Assembly: GCA_040905465.1 (NCBI GenBank)
Contig: JBBDRK010000066.1
Location: 1 to 19,735 of the forward strand
Length of the DNA: 19,735 nt
Source: Trueperaceae bacterium
Lineage (GTDB): Bacteria > Deinococcota > Deinococci > Deinococcales > Trueperaceae
Reading direction: 5' to 3'
Below the pieces are notes generated by a model. It ran no database searches, was not told the DNA's origin, and saw nothing but the letters and a program-made list of their open reading frames with translations. This document shows, in pieces, positions 1-9,410 of this stretch. Numbering within the stretch: the first letter of the stretch is position 1; each line of letters opens with the position of its first letter. Both the position numbers and the translations under genes were made by a program.

Positions 1-49
1 GACCTTGGGCTTAGGAGTCCCCTGCTCTATCCAGCTGAGCTACGGGCGC
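1..49 (-). tRNA. tRNA-Arg(CCT), 5' part only; the 3' end lies outside the window
   Basis: Reverse complement reads GCGCCCG-TA-GCTC-AGCTGGATA-GAGC-A-GGGGA-CT-CCT-AA-GCCCA-AGGTC: acceptor 5' strand, D arm, CCT anticodon loop and variable loop. Confidence 0.88.
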
Positions 50-176
50 ATGCGCGCACAATTTTAAACCCGGTGCGCGCCGCGGCACAACCGCAGGTGA
101 GGCGTTGGAGCCGTCTCGGCCCGCTTCCCAGTGGAACCGGCCCCTCCCCTGTAGACCCCCTTCCCTGCAGACGGAG

Positions 177-980
177 TCAGGCCCGTGCGCCCAGGAACCT
201 CTGCACGAAGCGAACCGCTCCGGAGGTGCCCTCCCAGATGCTTCCGAAGTCGAGCCAGTAGCGCGCCGCCTGTTCCTGCTCGGTAACCGGGTATATCAGG
301 GTCTCCGGAGCGACGGTGGTTCGATCGAAGCGGATGACCTCCTCGACCGTCAACGGCCAGGCACGGTACGCCATCGCCAGAGTGTAGAACGCCTCTTCTT
401 CCCAACCGAGGGCGATGCATGCAAGCACCTTGGCCAGACAGAGTTCGACATTGGGCAAACCGTCCTGCGGAGCCGTCAGCTCCAGAACCCTGGCATGCTG
501 GCCGGCCTGGAGAAGGGCACGGGCGAGCAGAGCTCGTGCGCCGGTGCAGTCTCCCGTGTCGTGCCTGACAACCTCCCGCGCTAGTCGGATGGCCTCCTGT
601 GGCCGGCCCAACCTGCACAGTGCATAGGCGTACTCGCGTGTGGAGCGCAGGTATGGCCGATTATCGCCATCGTCCCAGGCGAAGGTACAACTCCCCGGAT
701 GCGACCTTGTGGCGAGAGCCTGAATGCATATCTCGTGATTCATCTCGAGGAGGCCGACCGCTCCCTCCTCGAATCCGGTGAAGAGTGCGTGAAGCGCCAA
801 TTCGGTACGGACATCGAGAAATTCAGGGTAGAACACCAGAAGATCACCGAGATCGACCCGAAGGTCCCGGTAGAGGCTCTGCACCTCCGAAGTGAGTCTC
901 GGAAAGGCAAAACTCAATCGTTGCGGGCCGAGCTTCTCCAAACGAATATGCTCCACAGCCTCCCGTATGATGACGTCCAT
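177..980 (-). CDS. Hypothetical helical-repeat (TPR-like) protein, 267 aa
   Basis: Protein-like ORF containing W-x3-DNRPYLR...ALCRLGRPQEAIRLAREVVRHDTGDCTGARALL, which resembles bacterial TPR proteins. A purine-rich GGGGGGA lies upstream of the ATG. Confidence 0.6.
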   Translation of the reverse strand: MDVIIREAVEHIRLEKLGPQRLSFAFPRLTSEVQSLYRDLRVDLGDLLVFYPEFLDVRTELALHALFTGFEEGAVGLLEMNHEICIQALATRSHPGSCTFAWDDGDNRPYLRSTREYAYALCRLGRPQEAIRLAREVVRHDTGDCTGARALLARALLQAGQHARVLELTAPQDGLPNVELCLAKVLACIALGWEEEAFYTLAMAYRAWPLTVEEVIRFDRTTVAPETLIYPVTEQEQAARYWLDFGSIWEGTSGAVRFVQRFLGARA

Positions 981-1113
981 GCGGTCCCCCCCGTCGCTGG
1001 CATCGTGAGGGTCAGTCTACCGAGTAGCGCTACGCGCTCTGCCGAAGCGGTCACCGGATCGCCGGCGACCGCGTCTCATCCGCTTAACTGCCCTTACGGA
1101 TACAACTCAGGAC

Positions 1114-2283
1114 ATGCGCCTCCGCCTCTGCCGCCGTTATCTACCCGTTCTTCTGCTGCTCTCGGCACTTCTTCAGGGCGCCGCGGCGGTCGGGCAGGAA
1201 CCGCTGCGAATCGGAGTATTGCTGCCGGGCCGCGAAAGTACCGGCAGCAGCAACTGGAACGAGCTCCTCGCCGCTCGCGCCTGGGAGCGGTCGAGCGCGA
1301 AGGCCGCTTCGGGCGTGACGATCGAGCTCAGCTTTCGCGACGGAGGTACCACGCCCGCCAATACGGTCACCGCCATCCGCGAGTTGGTCGATGAGGAGCA
1401 GGTTCACGGCGTCGTCTGCTGCGTCACCCCGGCAAGCGCTGCGGCGGTCGGATCCTTCACCGCTACGCTTCCGATTCTCGCGCTCGCCCGCCCCAACCCG
1501 GTTGGCCCCGGCGACGACGGCCCTTTGATAATGGCCGCGGGACCGTTGGCGCAGGCTCGAGCCATGGCGCTCGACGCGCGATCAGCGGGTCGCGGCGTGG
1601 GACTGATGACACTCGACAACGGCTACGGCCGAGAAGCGGCGGCGGCCGTGGTCGCCGGTCTGCTCGAGGCCGGACTGGCGCTCTCGCAGGCGGAAACGTA
1701 CCCGCCGGGAGCCAACGTGCTGACCCCAGAGGCGCTGCTTGTTGCGGCCAGCCAGCCGGGGGCCGTCATAGTCTGGGGGCTGCCGGGCGACAGCGCTACC
1801 GCCATCGACGCCCTTCGTGCTCGCGGCTACGACGGTCCGATCTACATCCCCTGGCAGCTCGCAACCGAGTTTCCGGGCGGCGTACGAAATCAGCGACTAC
1901 GGGGGTCGCGCATCGCCGCTCCGCCCTCTGAATTGGCGGCCGTACTTCCCCCGGAACATCCCAACGCTGCCGCCGTGCAACGCTATCAGCGAATACTGGC
2001 GGAGGCGTACGGGGTATACGCGCCGACCTACGAAGGCGCCCTGGCCGTCGACGCACTGGAGCTGTTGGTAAACGGTGGGGAGCTGGCGCTCGTTTACGGC
2101 GTTGACCCAGCGGCCACGGATCGATTCCGGCAGGCGTTGCTAGACGCGTTGATTGGACTGGGTCCGCTAAGCGGTGCCGCCGGCAGCTATGACTACGACG
2201 GTCGAAACCGGGAACTGGCTCTGGCCCGTGGTCTGGTTATCGCTACGCCCGGAGTCGGTGGATTGCACCTCGCTGAAGATTGA
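1114..2283 (+). CDS. ABC transporter substrate-binding protein, LivK/LivJ-like (periplasmic binding protein type 1), 389 aa
   Basis: N-terminal signal peptide, then EPLRIGVLLP, IELSFRDGGTTP...AIRELVDEEQV, DNGYG and GAAGSYDYD, as in branched-chain amino acid binding proteins. Confidence 0.8.
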   Translation: MRLRLCRRYLPVLLLLSALLQGAAAVGQEPLRIGVLLPGRESTGSSNWNELLAARAWERSSAKAASGVTIELSFRDGGTTPANTVTAIRELVDEEQVHGVVCCVTPASAAAVGSFTATLPILALARPNPVGPGDDGPLIMAAGPLAQARAMALDARSAGRGVGLMTLDNGYGREAAAAVVAGLLEAGLALSQAETYPPGANVLTPEALLVAASQPGAVIVWGLPGDSATAIDALRARGYDGPIYIPWQLATEFPGGVRNQRLRGSRIAAPPSELAAVLPPEHPNAAAVQRYQRILAEAYGVYAPTYEGALAVDALELLVNGGELALVYGVDPAATDRFRQALLDALIGLGPLSGAAGSYDYDGRNRELALARGLVIATPGVGGLHLAED

Positions 2284-2435
2284 GCGGGCGAGCGTACAGC
2301 CCTCTCGACGGGGCGCGCGAGCAGCCGGCGCAAGCGGCCGGCCGATCAGCCGCGCCGCGTTCAAGGCGCCCAGGCTGCCCACCACGAGACAAAGCTGTCC
2401 AGGACAGGCGTTCCGACTGCCCCGGCGCGCCACAG

Positions 2436-2441
2436 TACAAT
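2436..2441 (+). promoter_or_regulatory. -10 box (TACAAT) of a probable leaderless prfA transcript
   Basis: TACAAT lies 6 nt before ATG 2448 and there is no good Shine-Dalgarno sequence. Confidence 0.7.
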
Positions 2442-2447
2442 GGGGCA

Positions 2448-3549
<1,102 letters not shown>

Positions 3550-3563
<14 letters not shown>

Positions 3564-4023
3564 GTTCGTCGTTGCCGCGGCGATTCTGCTCGACCTGCAG
3601 GGTCGAGTACTCCTCGTAGGCAACGACTGGCAAGGCTATGGACGGGTGCGCTACACGCTGCCGGGAGGGGTCGTCGAGCGCGGCGAGTCTACGCTGGACG
3701 CGCTCACCCGAGAGGTGCGCGAGGAGACCGGTCTGGCTATTACCGGCGTCGAGCATCTCGCCTACTCGGTGCATGTCGAGGACGTGCGCCGCAACGACCG
3801 GGCGGTGTCCTTCGCGTTCGTGGCACAGTACGACGGCCTGCTGAACCCACGCGACCCCGACGGCTTCATCGTCGAGGCGCGCTTCTTCCCCGTGGAGGAG
3901 GTCGAGCGGGTCATACCTATCCCACCCTTACGCGAACCGCTGGTGAGTTACCTTCGTGACCGCGAGCCGGGCCGGTTCTACTGCTATGCCGGATGGGACG
4001 GACGGGGCGGCCGCTCGGTCTAG
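3550..4023 (+). CDS. NUDIX hydrolase, 157 aa
   Basis: Nudix box GGVVERGESTLDALTREVREETGL. The GTG start overlaps the end of prfA by 14 nt. Confidence 0.9.
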
Positions 4024-4065
4024 ATGAGATGAAAGGGCCGGCACCGCGCATCCGAACCGGTCGCT

Positions 4066-5328
4066 CTACATGTTCTCTATCAGGGCCGTGCCGAACTCGC
4101 TGGTGCGCAGCAGGCTCGCGCCTTCCATGAGTCGGTGGAAATCGTATGTTACCCGCTTCTGACCTATAGTCTTCGACATCGACCCCAACAGCAGATCCGC
4201 TGCCTCCGACCAGCCGAGATGCCGAAGCATCATCTCGCCCGAGAGGATCACCGACGATGGGTTGACCTTGTCCTGGCCGGTGTATTTGGGCGCAGTTCCG
4301 TGTGTTGCCTCGAACATCGCGTGCCCAGTCTGATAGTTGATGTTGGCGCCGGGTGCGATTCCGATACCGCCGACTTGCGCAGCCAGAGCGTCGGAGATGT
4401 AGTCACCGTTGAGGTTGAGCGTGGCAAGCACGCCGTACTCCGAGGGCCGGAGCAGGATCTGCTGCAGCATCGCGTCGGCGATCACGTCCTTGACGGTGAT
4501 TGTCGTCCCGGAGTTGGGGTTATCGAAGGTGAGCCAGGGCCCGCCGTCGAGCTCCTTGGCGCCGTACTCGCGTTTGGCGAGCTCATAACCCCAGTCGCGA
4601 AACGCGCCCTCGGTGAACTTCATGATATTGCCCTTGTGGACCAGCGTAACCGAGTCCCGGTCGTTGGCGATCGCGTACTCGAATGCGGCGGTGACCAACC
4701 GCTCGGTTCCCTCCCGTGACACCGGCTTGATCCCCACGGCGGTCGTGTCCGGGAAACGCACGTTGGCGTACGAGTCGGGAAACTCGTCCCGCAGCACCTC
4801 CAGGAACCGCTTGACCTCGCGGCTCCCCTCGCGATATTCGATCCCGGCGTAGATGTCCTCGGTGTTCTCGCGAAAGATCACCATGTCCACCTGCTCGGGC
4901 TGCTTCACCGGGCTTGGTACCCCTTCGAAGTACTGGATCGGCCGGACGCAGGCGTACAGGTCCAGCCGCTGACGAAGGGCGACGTTGATCGAGCGGATTC
5001 CGCCGCCTACCGGCGTGGTGAGCGGCCCCTTGATGCCGATCAGGTACTCGCGGACGGCGTCCAGCGTCTCCTCGGGAAGCCACAAGGTCTCGCCGTAGAC
5101 ATCGTTCGCCTTGTCTCCGGCATAGACCTCCATCCAGGAAATGGCGCGTTTTCCGCCGTATGCCTTGGCCACGGCTGCGTCCAGAACGCGTTTCGAAGCC
5201 TGCCAGATGTCCGGTCCGGTACCGTCCCCCTCGATGAACGCGATGATCGGATTGTCTCCGACCTGCAGCTGTCCATCACGAACCTCGATCCGATCTCCAG
5301 CGGGAACCTTGATGTGGCGATAGCTCAT
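4066..5328 (-). CDS. icd: NADP-dependent isocitrate dehydrogenase, 420 aa
   Basis: Motifs [62 protein letters not shown] and [18 protein letters not shown] precedes ATG 5328. Confidence 0.97.
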   Translation of the reverse strand: MSYRHIKVPAGDRIEVRDGQLQVGDNPIIAFIEGDGTGPDIWQASKRVLDAAVAKAYGGKRAISWMEVYAGDKANDVYGETLWLPEETLDAVREYLIGIKGPLTTPVGGGIRSINVALRQRLDLYACVRPIQYFEGVPSPVKQPEQVDMVIFRENTEDIYAGIEYREGSREVKRFLEVLRDEFPDSYANVRFPDTTAVGIKPVSREGTERLVTAAFEYAIANDRDSVTLVHKGNIMKFTEGAFRDWGYELAKREYGAKELDGGPWLTFDNPNSGTTITVKDVIADAMLQQILLRPSEYGVLATLNLNGDYISDALAAQVGGIGIAPGANINYQTGHAMFEATHGTAPKYTGQDKVNPSSVILSGEMMLRHLGWSEAADLLLGSMSKTIGQKRVTYDFHRLMEGASLLRTSEFGTALIENM

Positions 5329-5409
5329 GGCACTCCTTCGTTGGGTCCGAGACCAGCCGCGGCAGGCCCAACGAATCACGTCAGGCAGCCACTAACCGGT
5401 TTTGGCGCG

Positions 5410-5418
5410 AGTCTACCA
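5410..5418 (-). promoter_or_regulatory. Extended -10 promoter of icd (TGgTAGACT)
   Basis: Minus strand TG-G-TAGACT about 80 nt upstream of the icd start. Confidence 0.55.
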
Positions 5419-5569
5419 TGAGGCGGAATACGCTCAACGCCGCGTCACGGTCCGCCGTCCGGAGCTTGCGACTGCCGCTCGCACTTCGTGCGGCAGCCGG
5501 TGCCCCGCTGGCTGGACCGCGAGCTGCCACGGAACCGGATCCGCTGGCCGGTCATGTTAGCTTTTCCCG

Positions 5570-6154
5570 ATGGAACCGGGGCACGAGAGTTCGGCTGTAC
5601 TGGCAATCGATGAGACCGGCGTCGCGCTGCCGATCTCCTTCTACGAGCCGGATGCCCGGACGGTGGCCCGAAAGCTGCTGGGCACGTTGCTGGTGCGACA
5701 CGGGCCGGTACCCCGGATCGGTCGCATCGTGGAGACCGAGGCGTATCTGGGCGAGCACGATATGGCGAGTCACGCACGGTTCGGGCGTACCGGCAGGACA
5801 GAGGTGATGTACGGCCCGCCCGGTCGCAGCTACGTCTACCTTATCTACGGGATGTATCACATGCTCAATGTGGTCTGCGCCGGGGAAGGCGATCCGCAGG
5901 CGGTGCTGATACGCGCTATCGAACCGCTGGTCGGCATCGACCACCGGGTGGACGGACCGGGCAAGCTCACCCGAGCGCTGGAGATCGACCGGTCACACAA
6001 CGCCCATCCGTTGACCGGCCCCCCACTTGCGATCCACCCGGGCGACGTCTGCAGCGAGGTGGTGATAACGCCGCGGATCGGAATCGATTACGCCGGCGAG
6101 TGGCGTGACGCTCCCTTGCGGTTCCTGGCCGGGCGATCCGCCGAGCTCAGTTGA
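5570..6154 (+). CDS. mpg: DNA-3-methyladenine glycosylase (MPG/AAG family), 194 aa
   Basis: Motifs VARKLLG, GRIVETEAYLG, YVYLIYGMYHMLNVV, AVLIRAIEP, GPGKLTRAL and TPRIGI. TGtTAGCTT ends 6 nt before the ATG. Confidence 0.93.
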   Translation: MEPGHESSAVLAIDETGVALPISFYEPDARTVARKLLGTLLVRHGPVPRIGRIVETEAYLGEHDMASHARFGRTGRTEVMYGPPGRSYVYLIYGMYHMLNVVCAGEGDPQAVLIRAIEPLVGIDHRVDGPGKLTRALEIDRSHNAHPLTGPPLAIHPGDVCSEVVITPRIGIDYAGEWRDAPLRFLAGRSAELS

Positions 6155-6530
6155 CTTCCGGATCCACATCGTCACCGGTGTCGGCCGCGTCGTCCGGGTC
6201 CAAGCCGAGCGCCTCGAGATCGTCGGCCGCGAATCCGTCCATTTCCGACAGGATCGCGTCGAGATCATCGCCCTGATAGTCGGTCACTGTATCGGCGATC
6301 AGGGCCAGGGCTCGTTCCGCTTCCGCCTCGGGAACCAACACCACCGTGGTGCCGGCGCTCACCGCGCCCAGATGGGAGAAGGCGTCATCGACCTGGTCGA
6401 CCCCACGGGTCATGACCACGAACCCCTCCTCTTCCAATATCGCCGCCACCATCTCCGCGAGAGGTGCCGCCGGCGCCTGGTCGACGACGGTCCACTTGTC
6501 GCCGTTGATCAGCCTGGTCTCGCCCTTCAT
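6147..6530 (-). CDS. Small hypothetical protein (DUF2007-like core, acidic C-terminal tail), 127 aa
   Basis: ATG overlaps the M20 stop (ATGA, 6527-6530). AEMVAAILEEEGF...VLVPEAEAERALALI resembles DUF2007 proteins. The tail is D/E-rich. Confidence 0.7.
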   Translation of the reverse strand: MKGETRLINGDKWTVVDQAPAAPLAEMVAAILEEEGFVVMTRGVDQVDDAFSHLGAVSAGTTVVLVPEAEAERALALIADTVTDYQGDDLDAILSEMDGFAADDLEALGLDPDDAADTGDDVDPEVN

Positions 6531-7675
6531 GCGGCTCCCAGGTAGGCCAGCGCAAGTCGCTCGTATACGGACCGAGCGACGGCCAGATGTTCGACCGGCA
6601 CACCCTCCTCGGTGGTATGGGCTCGTTCCGGTTCCCCCGGGCCGAAGCCGATCACCGGAGCGCCACGCGAAGCGAGAAACGGGGCGTCGGTGGCAAACCA
6701 CCAGACACCTTCGCGGAAGGGGCGATCGAGCTCGGAAAGCGCGGCGCGGATAGCGCTGCGAGCAACGTCGACCTCCGGCGCACCTTGCGGCGCCAGATAC
6801 GCCGGGTTGATGCGCGGGAAGCTGAAGCGGATCTTTCCGTTTTCACTCATTGCGTCCTCCTGTCCGACCACGACCACCGCCTCCGGGTCCAAAGTCTCCA
6901 GGCGCGCCACCACCATTTCCGGCTCGTCCTCCACGATCGTCCGGTAATCGACGGTTATCTCCGCCTCGCCGGGCACCACGTTGGCGCCGCCGGGGAAGAT
7001 GACGATACCTGTCGGGGTGGCGGTCGAGGCGCCGAGGGGGCCGCCCGAGGGCAGTGCGCACTCCTCGAGGTTCCTCAGGTATCGGGCGGCGCGATACAGC
7101 GCGTTAGCGCCGAGCGACGCCTTGGCCGCGTGAGCGATGCGACCCGGTAGCCGGACGCTGATCTCGACGCGCCCCCGGTGGCCGAGCTTTAGTTCGAGGT
7201 CGCTCGGTTCGCCCAGCACAACCACGTCTGCCGGCAGGTGCTCGACGAGATGGCGGGCACCCAGGCCGCCGACCTCTTCCTGGACCACGGCCGCCACCAC
7301 CAGTGTTCCGCTGAATCCACGGTCGGCCGCGTCCCGGCCGGCGATGGCCATGCAGGCCAACGCGGCTTTCATGTCGCAGGAGCCGCGCCCCCACAGGCGG
7401 CCGTCGGCGATCGTACCGGCGAACGGCTGATGCGTCCAAATCCCGGGATCCCCGGCCGGGACCGTATCCATGTGGCCGTTGAACATCACCGTCGGGCCGT
7501 CGCCACGCCGGATCATCCCGATGGCGTTGCCGGCATCGTCGAGATACACTTGATCGTACTTCAGTTCGCGTAACGTCTCGAGCAGGACTTCGGCCGCCGG
7601 ACTCTCACGTCCCGACGGACTCTCCGCCCGGATCAGCTCCCGCGCCAGCTCCAACTCCTCCGCCAATCGTTGCAT
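6527..7675 (-). CDS. M20/M25/M40 family metallo-hydrolase (ArgE/DapE/LysK-like), 382 aa
   Basis: Motifs FNGHMDTV, GRGSCDMK, QEEVGG, GEPS, TDA and AHTTEE. TATGAT (7682-7687) lies 6 nt upstream of the ATG. Confidence 0.9.
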   Translation of the reverse strand: MQRLAEELELARELIRAESPSGRESPAAEVLLETLRELKYDQVYLDDAGNAIGMIRRGDGPTVMFNGHMDTVPAGDPGIWTHQPFAGTIADGRLWGRGSCDMKAALACMAIAGRDAADRGFSGTLVVAAVVQEEVGGLGARHLVEHLPADVVVLGEPSDLELKLGHRGRVEISVRLPGRIAHAAKASLGANALYRAARYLRNLEECALPSGGPLGASTATPTGIVIFPGGANVVPGEAEITVDYRTIVEDEPEMVVARLETLDPEAVVVVGQEDAMSENGKIRFSFPRINPAYLAPQGAPEVDVARSAIRAALSELDRPFREGVWWFATDAPFLASRGAPVIGFGPGEPERAHTTEEGVPVEHLAVARSVYERLALAYLGAA

Positions 7676-7760
7676 GGGCGCATCATACGGGATGGCTCAC
7701 AGATCGGAAGATTTCGAGGTGCGCTCTGGGCCGGTCCCGCTAGCGGTACGACGAATGCGG

Positions 7761-8105
7761 CTAACCTTCCGTGGCGACCGCCGATGAAAGCGCGGACGGT
7801 TCCGGATCCCAGCGGAAGCGCCGCAGGTTCACGCGATCCTCACTGTCGAACTCGACGCCTTCCGCCTCGAGCAGAGCGCGCTGGAGTTCCCCCACCCCGA
7901 TCCTGTATGTCGAGAGCTTGCCTTCGGCATTTATCACCCGCTGCCAGGGAACGTCTTCCGGTTCGCGCAAGCGGTTGAGTACGCCGCCGACCTGGCGAGC
8001 GGCGCGAGGCGCCCCGGCCAGGAGCGCCACCTGCCCGTAGGTGACGACCTGGCCGGGAGGTACCGCAGCGACAATTCCGATTACTCGCTCCTTGAAGGCT
8101 GCCAT
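7761..8105 (-). CDS. Alkyltransferase-like protein (ATL; MGMT family without the catalytic Cys), 114 aa
   Basis: VPPGQVVTYGQVA, ARQVG, and PWQRV in place of PCHRV. TAAACT (8111-8116) lies 5 nt upstream of the ATG. Confidence 0.88.
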   Translation of the reverse strand: MAAFKERVIGIVAAVPPGQVVTYGQVALLAGAPRAARQVGGVLNRLREPEDVPWQRVINAEGKLSTYRIGVGELQRALLEAEGVEFDSEDRVNLRRFRWDPEPSALSSAVATEG

Positions 8106-8197
8106 GGCTGAGTTTACTCCCGTCGACTTCGGGCGCGATCTCCCCGGCCGTCACCTGCCGGCTCGATCTGCGCCATTGCCGGCCGGCCTTCGGTCAA

Positions 8198-8288
8198 GTG
8201 CTCACGCTTCGGCCCAGAGCTCGCGTCTCGGTCACGAGCTTGCGCCTCGGTCACGAGCTTGCGCCTCACGAGCTAACGCCTCGGTCAC
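8198..8288. repeat. Degenerate 19-bp tandem repeat, about 5 units
   Basis: Units: gtgctcacgcttcggccca / gagctcgcgtctcggtcac / gagcttgcgcctcggtcac / gagcttgcgcctcac / gagctaacgcctcggtcac. Confidence 0.85.
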
Positions 8289-9183
8289 CGACAGCCACGA
8301 CCGGCATTCGCTTGCGCGCCAGCAACTGCACCACCAGCGTCCCTACGGCCGCCAACAGCAGACCGCTCACCTCCTTGACCCCCAGCGACTCTCCCAGGAA
8401 GATCCAGGCGAGGACGGCAATCTGGATGAGCATGGTGTTGTTGATGATGCTCGACTCCATCGCCGACAGGGTGCGGAGTGTGTGATTCCAGAGGGTGAAC
8501 GCGAAGGCGGTATTGACTACGGCCAGCCAGGCGACGATTCCCCAACTCGTCAGACTGAGAGCGGGCAGGCCCTGAACGGCGATACCACCTCCCAACAGGG
8601 CGACCGCTCCCACGCCCATGCTGACTACGGTAACGGCAAGCGGTCCCAACTGCCGACCGCGATTGACAGCGCGGCCCAATATTCCTGCGCCGGCGTTGGA
8701 GATCAGGCCCACCAGGATGATCAGGAGCCCCAGCAACTGCCCTCGCGGCAGGTCGGCCGGGTAGAAGAAGAGAAGGGCGCCCGCCAGGTAGAGCGCGATT
8801 CCGAACCACTGGCGGCCATCGAGTGGTTCTCGCAGCAGCACGGTCCCCAGGAGCGCTACCAGAGCCGGACTGAACGACAACACCAGGCTCGTCGTCTGCG
8901 CCGGCAGGTATGAGAGGGCCAGGAACTGGCTCCCCTGGGTGAGCGCATACATCACGATCCCCAGCATCAGGAGCGCCCGCCAATGAGATGCCTGGAGCCC
9001 GCGCAGGCTGCCGCGCTGGAGGGCAACGGGCAGCAATACGAGGAATGCCAGTCCGTAACGCAATCCGGCGAAGGTAAGGGGCGGTATGTCTTCCAGGCCG
9101 ATCTTGATCAGCACCCACGACGTAGACCAGAGAAAGGTCACGAAGAGCGCCTGCAGTACCGAGATCCAATGTGAACGGGCCAT
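8266..9183 (-). CDS. EamA/DMT family transporter, 305 aa
   Basis: About 10 hydrophobic segments; LWSTSWVLIK, PPLTFAGLRY, LLREPL and IFLGESL mark two EamA halves. SD GGAGGTG precedes ATG 9183. Confidence 0.92.
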   Translation of the reverse strand: MARSHWISVLQALFVTFLWSTSWVLIKIGLEDIPPLTFAGLRYGLAFLVLLPVALQRGSLRGLQASHWRALLMLGIVMYALTQGSQFLALSYLPAQTTSLVLSFSPALVALLGTVLLREPLDGRQWFGIALYLAGALLFFYPADLPRGQLLGLLIILVGLISNAGAGILGRAVNRGRQLGPLAVTVVSMGVGAVALLGGGIAVQGLPALSLTSWGIVAWLAVVNTAFAFTLWNHTLRTLSAMESSIINNTMLIQIAVLAWIFLGESLGVKEVSGLLLAAVGTLVVQLLARKRMPVVAVGDRGVSS

Positions 9184-9231
9184 TCCGGAACACCTCCAGG
9201 TGGCGCGTCTCGTCATGAGCGAACCCGCGCT

Positions 9232-9404
9232 GGCCTATCCCCTCGAGGCTTTTATCCGATGAGGTGCCTGCTGGCGCCGGTGGTCCTGCCTTGCTCGGTG
9301 GCCGGGTGCTCCCGGTCTCGGACCCATCCCTGCGCCGGCTTTACGTGGCGCTCGGACCTGCCCGCGTTGCCCGCGGCGGAACCCTAGCCACCCTCCGGCC
9401 GTCG
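9232..9404 (-). ncRNA. ykkC-motif riboswitch (guanidine-I/ppGpp/PRPP fold family), atypical variant
   Basis: The minus strand carries the hallmark blocks in order: GUGGCUAGGGUUCCG (9391-9377), hairpin CCGCG/CGCGG, GGUCCGAG-C-GCCAC (9358-9345), and CAC...GG-AUAAAAG-CC (loop at 9255-9249). It lies in the 5' leader of a transporter gene. Confidence 0.85.
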
Positions 9405-9410
9405 TCTGCG

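Noticed and set aside
2284-2435. Possible structured RNA upstream of prfA
   Set aside because: Only short GC-rich stems, and prfA appears leaderless, so the region would not be in its mRNA.
5343-5354. 12-mer GGGTCCGAGACC shared with the riboswitch P2 region
   Set aside because: In the icd leader it is on the non-transcribed orientation and has no other ykkC blocks, so it is probably chance.
6147-6530. LysW carrier protein
   Set aside because: Too long, with no CxxC pairs and no C-terminal EDWGE motif.
8198-8288. Possible CRISPR array
   Set aside because: Units are directly adjacent with no unique spacers, and no cas genes are nearby.
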